From a virus, in the UHGV virus genome UHGV-0194661: 37,411 nucleotides of DNA, one strand, 5' to 3'. The notes under the pieces were generated by a model. It did no database searches. It was given only the letters and a program-made list of their open reading frames with translations, and was not told where the DNA came from. The translations under genes were made by a program, and so were the position numbers. Below, in pieces: positions 1-8,051 of this stretch (the stretch's first letter is position 1; every line of letters begins with the position of its first letter).

Positions 1-6
1 ATAAAC

Positions 7-1521
7 ATGGCACAGACATCTGTAGATATTGCTATGGAAAAAACGTCACAGGAGATTCTTGAGATGTGTAAAATTATCCGCACAATGGTGACGGATGTAG
101 AAAAATTCGACTGGAAAAACTTCTGGGCGAATATGGCAACAGGAGAGCTGTTCTCCACAAAGTTTTATAACTATGAAAGCTCAACGAATCCAGCCGGAGA
201 AAAGCTGAACGCTTCAAAAGGACTGGTTGCAGTTCCTTCCACAGACAAGGTGAAGAATCAGGATGATTTCGCTGGAAGAAATGCTTTCAATTACATTGAC
301 TGTAATTTCACCGTGACTGATTCGGGCGACAAGATTCCGGTTGCGATTAAGGGCGGTAATGGTTTCCACAACGCCGGGAAGGTTGATGTGGGAATTATGA
401 CACCACCTACATACTGGGGCGAGGAAGAGTTTGACGGATATTACATCATCCATTTTTCTGACACTCCGCATCCGGAAGTTGGTTGTATTATTCCGACTCC
501 GTGGACAGATGAGAATCTTGGATATGGCATGGTCACAAAGTATTATGCCGGTCTGATTGACGGAATCGCATACAGTTCCTCCGGAAATGCGATTTACAAC
601 TTTGCTTCTGCGCAGTTGGCAATCGATGAGTTGAAAAAGAAAGGTGCTGGATATGTTGGTTCCGGTTCGGAGCGTACTGCATATCTGCTCTGTATGCTGT
701 GGATTAAGTATGCGACAAAGAATAGTCAGAAATACTTTAGAGGTTGTGTTGATACTGGCGGTCATCAGTACAAAGTTGCTGAAACTGGCGAGAATGTAAA
801 TTACGTGGTAATTACAACAACTCAGGCGAAGAACTTCTATGTCGGAGAAACTGTATCAATTGGTACTCCGGGAGCTAACAACAATGTTGACCGTGGACAG
901 GCAAGCATGAATGCAATTGCAAAGAATGTGAGAATTACAGCTATCGAAGCTATTGCTAATACGGCAAACAGTAAAGTGTACGTTGAAAAGGTTGGCATGA
1001 CGATTACTGCGGATGCTTATATTTCAACAATGCCACTGCATTCCGGTACGACAGACGGTGTACTTGGAGCTGACGGATACATTTCTAATGACGGTAAGCA
1101 CGCATTTAAGCTTGGTGGTATCGAGGAAGGTGTTGGAGCTTACTTCATCTCCATGAATGAGATATGGAACAAGACAACAGCCTCTATGGTTGATTACTAT
1201 GTGCGTCCAAAGGGCGTTGCTTGGTCTGCAACAGCTTCAGGATGGAAGAAAGTTGCTACAGTAGATATGGTTGACTCTAGTGACTGTTGGATTGGAGATA
1301 TCAACATTGACCTCGAGACTGGTGCTGATTATCTAAAAACGGTCGGAACGGGTGACTCTGTTGGTGTTGGAGATAGACTCTATAAAGGTGGTACGGGTAC
1401 TGGTTGGAGACAAGCTGCAAAGCGTGGGGGCCTCGGGAACGGTGGGAGCGGTGGTTTCTGCTTCTCGGCTCTCTGGAGCGGGGTCTCTGGGGCGCTTTGG
1501 TACTGCGCCTTCTGCGTTTAG
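7..1521 (+). CDS. DGR target protein: tail-fibre/receptor-binding-like structural protein whose C-terminal ~33 codons are the variable region (VR)
   Basis: 504-aa ORF starting 6 nt into the window. C-terminus (KRGGLGNGGSGGFCFSALWSGVSGALWYCAFCV) is encoded by a ~98-bp segment repeated downstream, with differences only at adenines of the downstream copy. It sits as the last gene of the tail module if the window is circular. Confidence 0.75.
   Translation: MAQTSVDIAMEKTSQEILEMCKIIRTMVTDVEKFDWKNFWANMATGELFSTKFYNYESSTNPAGEKLNASKGLVAVPSTDKVKNQDDFAGRNAFNYIDCNFTVTDSGDKIPVAIKGGNGFHNAGKVDVGIMTPPTYWGEEEFDGYYIIHFSDTPHPEVGCIIPTPWTDENLGYGMVTKYYAGLIDGIAYSSSGNAIYNFASAQLAIDELKKKGAGYVGSGSERTAYLLCMLWIKYATKNSQKYFRGCVDTGGHQYKVAETGENVNYVVITTTQAKNFYVGETVSIGTPGANNNVDRGQASMNAIAKNVRITAIEAIANTANSKVYVEKVGMTITADAYISTMPLHSGTTDGVLGADGYISNDGKHAFKLGGIEEGVGAYFISMNEIWNKTTASMVDYYVRPKGVAWSATASGWKKVATVDMVDSSDCWIGDINIDLETGADYLKTVGTGDSVGVGDRLYKGGTGTGWRQAAKRGGLGNGGSGGFCFSALWSGVSGALWYCAFCV
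1422..1519 (+). repeat. DGR variable region (VR) at the 3' end of the target gene, ending at the stop codon
   Basis: Aligns base-for-base with 1616..1714. All ~18 mismatches are positions where the downstream copy has A and this copy has G/T/C. Confidence 0.8.
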
Positions 1522-1560
1522 TTCCTACCACCTTTCAGGGGTGAATTTTTCGCAGAAAAA

Positions 1561-1578
1561 GAGGGGCTCTTCCCCTTA
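1561..1578 (+). other. GC-rich hairpin (gaggggctcttcccctt) immediately 3' of the VR; possible DGR homing/IMH-associated structure or terminator
   Basis: GGGG/CCCC stem with flanking A-T and G-U pairs, seen directly in the sequence. No T-run follows. Confidence 0.35.
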
Positions 1579-1615
1579 ATTAAGTTAAAGAGAAAATACA
1601 GGACTTGTCGTGCTG

Positions 1616-1714
1616 GCGTGGGAACCTCAGGAACGGTGGGAACGGTGGTTTCTGCTACTCGAATCTCAGGAACGAGGTCTCTAGGACGAATTGGAACTAC
1701 GCCTTCTGAATTTT
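1616..1714 (+). repeat. DGR template repeat (TR)
   Basis: Non-coding copy of the VR. In the VR reading frame it carries AAC/AAT/AGG/TAC codons (four AAC, three AAT) whose adenines are the only sites differing from the VR. Confidence 0.8.
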
Positions 1715-1895
1715 ATTATGCAAACATTATGCACCGCTGGGTGCTTGCACGGCATTTCGCAACAATAAGTTGTACCGAAAGGTCTTAAATAAGTAACAAG
1801 AAAGGGAGCTGGTGCCACGGCAGTGATACTGGCAGTCTATACGAATTGGTATAGACTGGGGCTAGTAGAAAAACCGAAAGCCCCTCGGAACTAAA
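1715..1895 (+). ncRNA. Structured TR-RT spacer (putative DGR RNA 3' portion / cDNA priming region)
   Basis: Non-coding 180 nt between TR and RT. Contains a perfect 10-bp hairpin cagtctatac/gtatagactg at 1833..1858 and a GGGCT/AGCCC hairpin at 1859..1884. The role is by analogy with characterised DGR spacer RNAs. Confidence 0.4.
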
Positions 1896-3050
1896 ATGAA
1901 ACGATACTGTAAGAACATTGATATAACAAGCAGAGAATTAATTTCAGAAGCAACATGGAGCTGTATCAGTAATAAGATTACACGTAGCGACACGATTCAT
2001 ATGTTCATGGAATACACGGGACTTCCGTATCGGTTCTTGATGGATGTGGCTCAAGAGAACAGATACATGCTAGACAGCATTGTAGAAACCGTCATAGATG
2101 GTATCCGACAAGAAATCCTGGAACAGAAGTATATCGTAAAGAAAATCCGTTACAGAATCAAGAAAGATTCTTGTACTGGAAAGCTACGAAATATCGGAAT
2201 CCAAGATATTAAACAGCAAATCTACGATTATATCGCAGTATACGGCTTGAAAGAATTGTTTGAAAAGAAACTCGGCTTTTATCAATGCGGAGCAGTTAAA
2301 CGTAAAGGTAATGAATTTGGAGCTGGAGCTATCAAGAAATGGTTGGCAGATAAAAATATTCGTTGGGCATGGCAAGCAGACGTTCGGCATTATTATGAAA
2401 ATATAAATAAAAATGTTCTGAAAAAGATGTTGAAACGTGATGTGAAGAATGACAGGCTTCTTCATTTAGTGTTCTTCTTGATTGATACATTCGAGTATGG
2501 ACTTTCCATAGGTTCGTATTTGAGTCAGTTCCTAGCGAATTACTACTTGAGCAAGGCTTATATTTACGCAAGCCAACAGTTCAAGGTTCGCAAGAGGAAA
2601 GATGGAACGGTCAAGAAAGTAAGGCTTGCAAGCCATGTGCTATTTCAGATGGATGACATCATTTTCTTCGGTCACAGCAAGAAAGACATGAAAATGCTAG
2701 TGAAAAGATTCAACGAATATATCAATAAAGAGTTAGAACTTGAATTGAAAGAAACAACTCATTTCATTGATTTGCAAACAGAATATGTAGATATTCTTGG
2801 ACGGAAGATATCAAGAAAGAATCTGACAATACGTTCCTCAACATTCCTGAAAGCAAGGAGAACTTATAAGAAAGCCTATTCTTATGTCTGCCACGGAAAA
2901 GAGATTCCGCTGAAACTTGCAAGGAGCTGCGTGGCAAGATACGGAGCAATTAAACACACGGATAGTAAGAGATTCCAAAGACGTTACCACATTGAAACTA
3001 TAATTAAGATGGCTAAGAAAGCAATCGCACGAGCCACGAAAGGAGAATAA
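1896..3050 (+). CDS. DGR-type reverse transcriptase
   Basis: 384 aa. Has the DGR-RT hallmark motif LSIGSYLSQ ([I/L]GxxxSQ) and the catalytic FQMDDIIFFG (xMDD) box. AT-rich gene directly downstream of the TR. Confidence 0.8.
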   Translation: MKRYCKNIDITSRELISEATWSCISNKITRSDTIHMFMEYTGLPYRFLMDVAQENRYMLDSIVETVIDGIRQEILEQKYIVKKIRYRIKKDSCTGKLRNIGIQDIKQQIYDYIAVYGLKELFEKKLGFYQCGAVKRKGNEFGAGAIKKWLADKNIRWAWQADVRHYYENINKNVLKKMLKRDVKNDRLLHLVFFLIDTFEYGLSIGSYLSQFLANYYLSKAYIYASQQFKVRKRKDGTVKKVRLASHVLFQMDDIIFFGHSKKDMKMLVKRFNEYINKELELELKETTHFIDLQTEYVDILGRKISRKNLTIRSSTFLKARRTYKKAYSYVCHGKEIPLKLARSCVARYGAIKHTDSKRFQRRYHIETIIKMAKKAIARATKGE

Positions 3051-3051
3051 C

Positions 3052-3381
3052 GTGAATACAATGAGATTTTCGGAGAAACAGGAGAAAGTAAGCATCTATG
3101 AGCTTGAAAACGGAACAAGAGATGTGGTTATCCTGACAAACGAAAGAGAGGTTGCAGAGACAGAGCCACTGGAAGACGGTGAAGTAAAAGAGTCTACGGC
3201 ATATGAGTATGATGGAAACATCTTTCGAACTCACTCGCTGACAGCTGAACAGATCAAAGCTGATCCTGAGAGCTATCTGGACTACGAAGGAGATGATGCT
3301 CCTACAGACGCAATGGTTGAGTATGCAAACCTTAAAATTGACGAGTACACAGCACAGTTAATGGAAGAAGGACTTATTTAA
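3052..3381 (+). CDS. Acidic hypothetical protein; XkdW-like by position, or a DGR accessory
   Basis: 109-aa ORF starting 1 nt after the RT stop (translational coupling). Sits directly upstream of an XkdX-like gene, as in PBSX-like tail-end modules. The call rests on synteny only. Confidence 0.4.
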   Translation: MNTMRFSEKQEKVSIYELENGTRDVVILTNEREVAETEPLEDGEVKESTAYEYDGNIFRTHSLTAEQIKADPESYLDYEGDDAPTDAMVEYANLKIDEYTAQLMEEGLI

Positions 3382-3398
3382 GAAAGGAGGTATAAGCA

Positions 3399-3572
3399 AT
3401 GAGAATTTTAGTAGAAAGCCTAAAAAGACTGTACGAGAATGACAGAGTTACAAAGACACAGCTTCAGAAGAGAGTAGAAAAAGGCATCATCTCAATTGAT
3501 GAATATAATTACATTGTCGGAGAAGAGGTCGAAGAGACAGAAAAAACAGAACCGGAGCAGTCCGAAGAATAG
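3399..3572 (+). CDS. XkdX-family small phage protein (57 aa); not in the ORF track
   Basis: ATG at 3399 preceded by AGGAGG at 3385..3390. Translation MRILVESLKRLYENDRVTKTQLQKRVEKGIISIDEYNYIVGEEV... follows the XkdX pattern (YxxGxxTKxQ...GxITxEEYxxITGEE). Confidence 0.6.
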   Translation: MRILVESLKRLYENDRVTKTQLQKRVEKGIISIDEYNYIVGEEVEETEKTEPEQSEE

Positions 3573-3586
3573 AGAGGGTAAGACCA

Positions 3587-3901
3587 TTGGAACACTTTTT
3601 TTATCAGACTTATGTCACAGCATTACCAATCATTTTAACTGCGCTTATGGGTTATGTGGTTTGGATGTTAAAAAATCAGAAGAAGGATAGGGATGCGAAT
3701 AGTAAGGGCACAATGCTTTTGCTTAGAGTCCAGTTGATTGAATACCATGATAAGTATATGAGACTTGGCTCAATTCCATCCTACGCTTATGAGAATTTCT
3801 GTGAGATGTATAATGCATATCACAAACTCGGTGGCAACGGAATGATTACAAAAATGATGCACGAAATTGAAGAATTACACCTAAGAGAAAAAGGAGAATA
3901 A
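3587..3901 (+). CDS. Small membrane protein with one N-terminal TM segment; BhlA/UviB-like holin-like protein (tentative)
   Basis: TTG start 8 nt after GAGGG. Hydrophobic YVTALPIILTALMGYVVWML followed by a basic stretch. Sits at the head of the lysis cassette. Confidence 0.4.
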   Translation: MEHFFYQTYVTALPIILTALMGYVVWMLKNQKKDRDANSKGTMLLLRVQLIEYHDKYMRLGSIPSYAYENFCEMYNAYHKLGGNGMITKMMHEIEELHLREKGE

Positions 3902-3903
3902 TC

Positions 3904-4197
3904 ATGGAACAGATTATCAATTACATTAAACCGGAACTTATTGTTGTAGCTATTGTGCTGTACTTTATTGGTATGGCAGTGAAACAGAGCGAAACTATCG
4001 CAGACAAGTATATTCCTACTATCTTAGGAATTGCTGGAATTGTTATCTGCGGTATCTACGTGATTGCAACTTGCACTCTCGGAACAGGACAGGATATCGC
4101 AATGGCACTGTTTACCGCAATCGTACAAGGAATTTTAGTAGCCGGATTGAGTAATTATGTGAACCAGTTAATCAAGCAGAGTGGAAAAGAAGAGTAA
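3904..4197 (+). CDS. Phage holin (holin family 4_1 / LL-H-like), ~3 TM segments
   Basis: N-terminus MEQIINYIKPELIVVAIVLYFIGMAVK is typical of this holin family. Has multiple TM segments and sits immediately upstream of the endolysin. Confidence 0.65.
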   Translation: MEQIINYIKPELIVVAIVLYFIGMAVKQSETIADKYIPTILGIAGIVICGIYVIATCTLGTGQDIAMALFTAIVQGILVAGLSNYVNQLIKQSGKEE

Positions 4198-4199
4198 TT

Positions 4200-4376
4200 A
4201 TGACAGAGCAGACAGTAAAAGAAATTATTAAAAGTTTCGCTTATGGACTTTCAGCGAAAGAAATCTCAGACAATGAGGGAACATCACTGGAAACTATGCA
4301 GAAGTTCGCAGAGGAACATGCAGCGGAGATCGAACAGAAGAAGGTAGAACTGAAAGAAGGTGGATGGTATGAGTAA
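4200..4376 (+). CDS. Hypothetical 58-aa protein between holin and lysin; not in the ORF track
   Basis: ATG at 4200 three nt after the holin stop. Runs in frame to TAA at 4374..4376 and overlaps the lysin start. Confidence 0.35.
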   Translation: MTEQTVKEIIKSFAYGLSAKEISDNEGTSLETMQKFAEEHAAEIEQKKVELKEGGWYE

Positions 4377-5439
4377 ACTTATCATTGATGTCAGCTATCA
4401 CAATGGAGTCATCAACTGGGAAAGAGTCAAGGCGTCAGGATGCGCCGGAGCTATCCTTAGATGTGGATATGGAGATGATATCGCATCACAGGACGATAAG
4501 CAGTGGGTGAGAAACCTTGCAGAGTGTGAAAGACTTTGTATTCCGGTAGGAGTATATCTGTACAGCTATGCTACTTGTGACAGACAGGCACAGAGTGAAC
4601 TTGCTCATATCTTAAGACTGATTAAAGGTCATACATTTCAGTTACCTATCTTCATTGATGTGGAAGAGCCGGGGACACAGGGATATGCACCTAAATGCTG
4701 TGAGATTGTCTGTGAAGGACTTAAAGCGAATGGTTATACTCCGGGAATTTACGCATCCTTAAGCTGGTTCAATAACTATCTTGGCAGCGTGCGCGGAAAA
4801 TATGTCGAGTGGATGGCAAGATACAAGAATCTTCCGGAAGATACATACAATGGTCAGTATTCAATTTGGCAGTATTCTTCTGGCGGTCAGGTGGATGGAG
4901 TCAATGGAAGAGTTGATGTCAACCATTGCTATATGGACTTTGGTGGAAGTGCACAGCCTGTTACACCTTCTGCTAAGCCGGCACCAGCTGAAAAAAAAGA
5001 CTTAGGACAGGTCGATATCACATATCAGGCTTTCACAGATAAGTGGTGGCCAGCAGTGACAAATAAATCTGATTGGGCTGGCAAAGGTGACAACGTTCCG
5101 ATCAAGTGGCTTGCTATCAAAGTCAGCAAGGGAAGTATCCGCTGTCGAGTATACACAAGAAAGAGTGGCTGGCTGCCATACCTGACATTCGGAAACAGCT
5201 ATGATTTGAATGACAAAGTAAATGGAATCCTCGGAGACGGTTCAGAGATTCTTGCAGTAGAACTGTACTACATCACACCGGAAGGATATAAGTACAAGAT
5301 GGTTCACTACAGAGTTTCTGTACAGAACAATCCGAACTTCTACGCAGATCAGGTCGATACGCTGAAAGCAAGCGGTATGGACGGATATGCCGGAGACAAA
5401 TACAGATTCATTGACAAGTTCCAGGCATGGATTGAGTAA
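4360..5439 (+). CDS. Endolysin: GH25 muramidase catalytic domain plus C-terminal putative cell-wall-binding domain
   Basis: LIIDVSYHNGVINWERVKASGCAGAILRCGYG fits a GH25 N-terminus. A Pro/Ala linker (PVTPSAKPAPAEKK) precedes a ~180-aa C-terminal domain. The real start is more likely the ATG at 4369 (MSKLII), 5-6 nt after AAGGTGG. Confidence 0.75.
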   Translation: MDGMSKLIIDVSYHNGVINWERVKASGCAGAILRCGYGDDIASQDDKQWVRNLAECERLCIPVGVYLYSYATCDRQAQSELAHILRLIKGHTFQLPIFIDVEEPGTQGYAPKCCEIVCEGLKANGYTPGIYASLSWFNNYLGSVRGKYVEWMARYKNLPEDTYNGQYSIWQYSSGGQVDGVNGRVDVNHCYMDFGGSAQPVTPSAKPAPAEKKDLGQVDITYQAFTDKWWPAVTNKSDWAGKGDNVPIKWLAIKVSKGSIRCRVYTRKSGWLPYLTFGNSYDLNDKVNGILGDGSEILAVELYYITPEGYKYKMVHYRVSVQNNPNFYADQVDTLKASGMDGYAGDKYRFIDKFQAWIE

Positions 5440-5446
5440 AAAAGAT

Positions 5447-5471
5447 GCCCCGGAGCATTTGACTCTGGGGC
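5447..5471 (+). terminator. Weak hairpin after the endolysin
   Basis: gccccggag / ctctggggc stem with one mismatch and no T-run. Confidence 0.3.
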
Positions 5472-5626
5472 GTAAATATTGTATCATGTGAGGGGGCAAA
5501 AAGGGGGCAGAACATTGTACTTTGTTGTACGGTTTCAGTGCTGAAAATGCCTTAAAGTGCGATATTTCGCAGTAGTTTGTACCTATTTATATATACAGGT
5601 ACTCCCCTAGACAGCTTTGAAGCTTT

Positions 5627-5679
5627 CCCCGCAACCCCAGTATTTACTAGGAATTCTGAGGTTTGCGGGGTTCTTTTTT
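5627..5679 (+). terminator. Rho-independent terminator (ccccgcaa...ttgcgggg + T9)
   Basis: 8-bp GC-rich stem with a long loop, followed by ttcttttttg. Confidence 0.45.
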
Positions 5680-5706
5680 GTTCTCATGGGGCTTTCATGG
5701 GGCTCA

Positions 5707-5933
5707 CTATAAAATTTTTATTGCTTTTAATTGCTCGTTTCGTTTGCTTTCTAACTTCTGTGTGACGTGCAGATAAATTTCTTTTGTAATTTTGCTGTCA
5801 TTATGCCCAAGCCTTTTTGAGATGCTGTCGATATCAATTCCTTGTCCCATTAGCAGACTTGCATGTGTATGTCTTGGTGTGTGTGGCGTAATGCTTCTGC
5901 CGTAATGCTTCTGCCGATAGCAAGAAATCTCTC
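5707..5933 (-). pseudogene. C-terminal remnant of a tyrosine recombinase/integrase, disrupted by a 14-bp tandem duplication
   Basis: Minus-strand translation ...GRSITPHTPRHTHASLLMGQGIDIDSISKRLGHNDSKITKEIYLHVTQ...KAIKIL* carries the integrase box II (HxxR, catalytic Tyr in EIYLHV). Upstream the frame is broken at the duplicated gtaatgcttctgcc (5888..5901 and 5902..5915) and stops occur in all frames. No box I Arg region is present. Confidence 0.7.
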
Positions 5934-6065
5934 ACGAATATTACCCGGCGTTGAGCTTCGATACGATGGTTGACTGGCCTAGAATCTTCATAAATGATTT
6001 ACATGCTCCACAATTCCGATTATAAGTGGATTGCTTGACCGTTCCTGTTGACGCAGGGGCGTTAT

Positions 6066-6611
6066 TTATTTCAGCAGATTTGCAATACAGAGCTTAAGGT
6101 CATCATAGATTCCAACAGAAATCTCATCATCAAAAGAATATTGATTGGAGTCTTCTGTGTTACCAAAAAAGTAAGTCTGAACAGTCTGCGTCATTGGATT
6201 CACAATCCAGTATTCACGAACACCGGCTGTGCGGTATTTGAACAGCTTTGTAAGGTAATCCATACGCTGACTGCTTGGTGATACGATTTCAATAATGAAA
6301 TCTGGGGCACCATTGCATCCACGGTCATTAATCTTGCCTGGATCACAGATCACTGAGACATCTGGTTCTACATAGTTATGATTATCCTGATTCAGAAAAA
6401 CAGCAAATGGAGCAGGCAGAACTTCGCAAGGACCTCCGTGGGATTTAATATAATCCCGGATTGTTGCGGAAAGTTCCATTACAAGTTTCTGATGAAGATA
6501 ACTCGGTGGAGCCATGTCATAGATCTGACCGTCAATCAGTTCTGCACGCTGCCCATCAGGAAGAGCGTAGATGTCTTCAATTGTGTAGTTGTTTGATTTC
6601 GGTAATGGCAT
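6066..6611 (-). CDS. Uma2-family (DUF820, PD-(D/E)xK) endonuclease
   Basis: 181 aa. C-terminal ...DFIIEIVSPSSQRMDYLTKLFKYRTAGVREYWIVNP matches the Uma2 signature (EIxSPS...D...K..Y...GV.EYWIVdP). Confidence 0.65.
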   Translation of the reverse strand: MPLPKSNNYTIEDIYALPDGQRAELIDGQIYDMAPPSYLHQKLVMELSATIRDYIKSHGGPCEVLPAPFAVFLNQDNHNYVEPDVSVICDPGKINDRGCNGAPDFIIEIVSPSSQRMDYLTKLFKYRTAGVREYWIVNPMTQTVQTYFFGNTEDSNQYSFDDEISVGIYDDLKLCIANLLK

Positions 6612-6636
6612 GCAATCACGTCCTTTCTTAATTACT

Positions 6637-7983
6637 TTAAGGTTGATGTTCTTGTTTCATTTTTTGACTAATACGATATTGTTCCGCATCTGGAACATCA
6701 ATAAATTCAACTGTTTTATCAAAATTCTTCTTTACAACAGCTTTGATCTCATCAAGAGTAACATTGAAAAATTCTCTTCGAGTATTTACCATATTTAATT
6801 TTCTATCTTCAAAGGCTCTGTGCAAAGCGGTTTCAAGTGCTGGAGCATCATCGGAAAAAATCATAGCATGTACATCAAAATTGAATGGAACAGATGCGTC
6901 ACCCAACTCATCAACTCGATCCTGAGGATCTAATCGACGGGTCATTCCGATTTTATATACATTAGGACCAAAAGCACCAATATTAGAAATAACATATACA
7001 TATCCTGCACGCTGGTTAGCTTCTCTATAGTCAATATCTTTCATAGCTTTATCAATGTCATTTAATTGAGACTCCAGTTCCAGCTTCTTGTCAAGCAAGT
7101 CTTTATTTTCTGGATCTGACTGTAATTGGATGAGCAAATGCTCATATGCGGTCTGATAGTGAGTTTGTTCTTTTTCTATTTTCTTTCGTTGAGCTTCAAT
7201 TTCCTTTTGTAAACGAGCAGCTTCTCTTAATTCTGCACGAGCAGCTTTTTGAGCTTCTTTTTCTTCTTGTTTCTTTTGTTGATATTCAAAAGATAGTCTC
7301 AATTCTTTTACTTTTAGGTCTAAGTAAGCAGGTGTTATTGAGATATTCATAATTGTGCCCAATTTAGAAATTGTTTCAGCAGATTTATATATTTTATTAA
7401 GTGAGGCATCAAAATTAGTATACTTAACTTTCGAGATCAGCTCATCGCACTCAGTATTAAAAGCTCGCAAAAGCAACTTCTGAGTATCTGAAACCATTTT
7501 CTTTCCTTTGGCAGAACTTCCATTTACCTGCCATGTGGTAACTCCGGAGACTGCAAGTTTATTTTTTATCATATCTTTCTGTTTAGAACGAATTTTGGCA
7601 AGTTCTTCTTTATAATCAAGAGCATTAGCAAATTCATAGGTTGGTTTGTAAAGACCAAATTCTTGAACAAGAATTTCATCATCAAGAGTAACAATTTCTT
7701 TTTTCTTACAATTTATTTCTTGATTCAGTTTATCGATTTCTTTTTGCCTTTTAAGTCGCTCTTTTTCAATTTTTTCAGTTTCTTTTTGAAAGCTTTGATT
7801 CAAGTTTAATAATTCATCCTGTTTCTGCTGCATGTTATTATTTAATTCTCGAATTGTATCTTTCAGCATAAGAGCATTTTGCATTTCCGGGGTAAGCAGT
7901 TCTTGTAAGTCGTTATATTTTTGTTGCAATTCTGCTAATTCTGCTTTGTACTGATTTCCTTTGAATGTGTCTAAAAATCCCAT
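6637..7983 (-). CDS. DUF4041 coiled-coil protein with C-terminal T5orf172 (GIY-YIG-like) domain
   Basis: 448 aa. Long K/E/Q-rich coiled coil, then GYVYVISNIGAFGPNVYKIGMTRRLDPQDRVDELGDASVPFNFDVHAMIFSDDAPALETALHRAFEDRKLN typical of T5orf172/MUG113. Confidence 0.6.
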   Translation of the reverse strand: MGFLDTFKGNQYKAELAELQQKYNDLQELLTPEMQNALMLKDTIRELNNNMQQKQDELLNLNQSFQKETEKIEKERLKRQKEIDKLNQEINCKKKEIVTLDDEILVQEFGLYKPTYEFANALDYKEELAKIRSKQKDMIKNKLAVSGVTTWQVNGSSAKGKKMVSDTQKLLLRAFNTECDELISKVKYTNFDASLNKIYKSAETISKLGTIMNISITPAYLDLKVKELRLSFEYQQKKQEEKEAQKAARAELREAARLQKEIEAQRKKIEKEQTHYQTAYEHLLIQLQSDPENKDLLDKKLELESQLNDIDKAMKDIDYREANQRAGYVYVISNIGAFGPNVYKIGMTRRLDPQDRVDELGDASVPFNFDVHAMIFSDDAPALETALHRAFEDRKLNMVNTRREFFNVTLDEIKAVVKKNFDKTVEFIDVPDAEQYRISQKMKQEHQP

Positions 7984-8051
7984 TTTTTATCCTTCCCCCT
8001 TGTTCCTATGAGTACACCACAAACTCATATATAATCTCTTACGAGGTTATA

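Noticed and set aside
1380-1521. Gly-rich C-terminus of the first protein (GGTGTG...GLGNGGSGG) as a collagen-like or low-complexity domain
   Set aside because: The composition is explained by its status as a DGR variable region (G/S/C/W codons derived from template AAC/AGG codons), not by a structural repeat.
214-1531. Minus-strand ORFs (214..765, 1301..1531) and plus ORF 1352..1579 overlapping the DGR target gene
   Set aside because: They are fully contained in or antisense to a long, well-supported ORF and have no RBS. The Gly/Arg-rich translations are artefacts of the GC-rich VR.
1422-1714. Two ~98-bp direct repeats that could be mistaken for a CRISPR or satellite repeat
   Set aside because: There are only two copies. 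One lies inside a coding region, and the differences are confined to adenines of one copy. That is a DGR signature, not a CRISPR array.
5686-5707. Tandem repeat tcatggggct x2 next to the integrase stop as a possible attP core
   Set aside because: It is too short and unmatched elsewhere in the window (for example near the tRNA) to be called an att site without a host sequence to compare.
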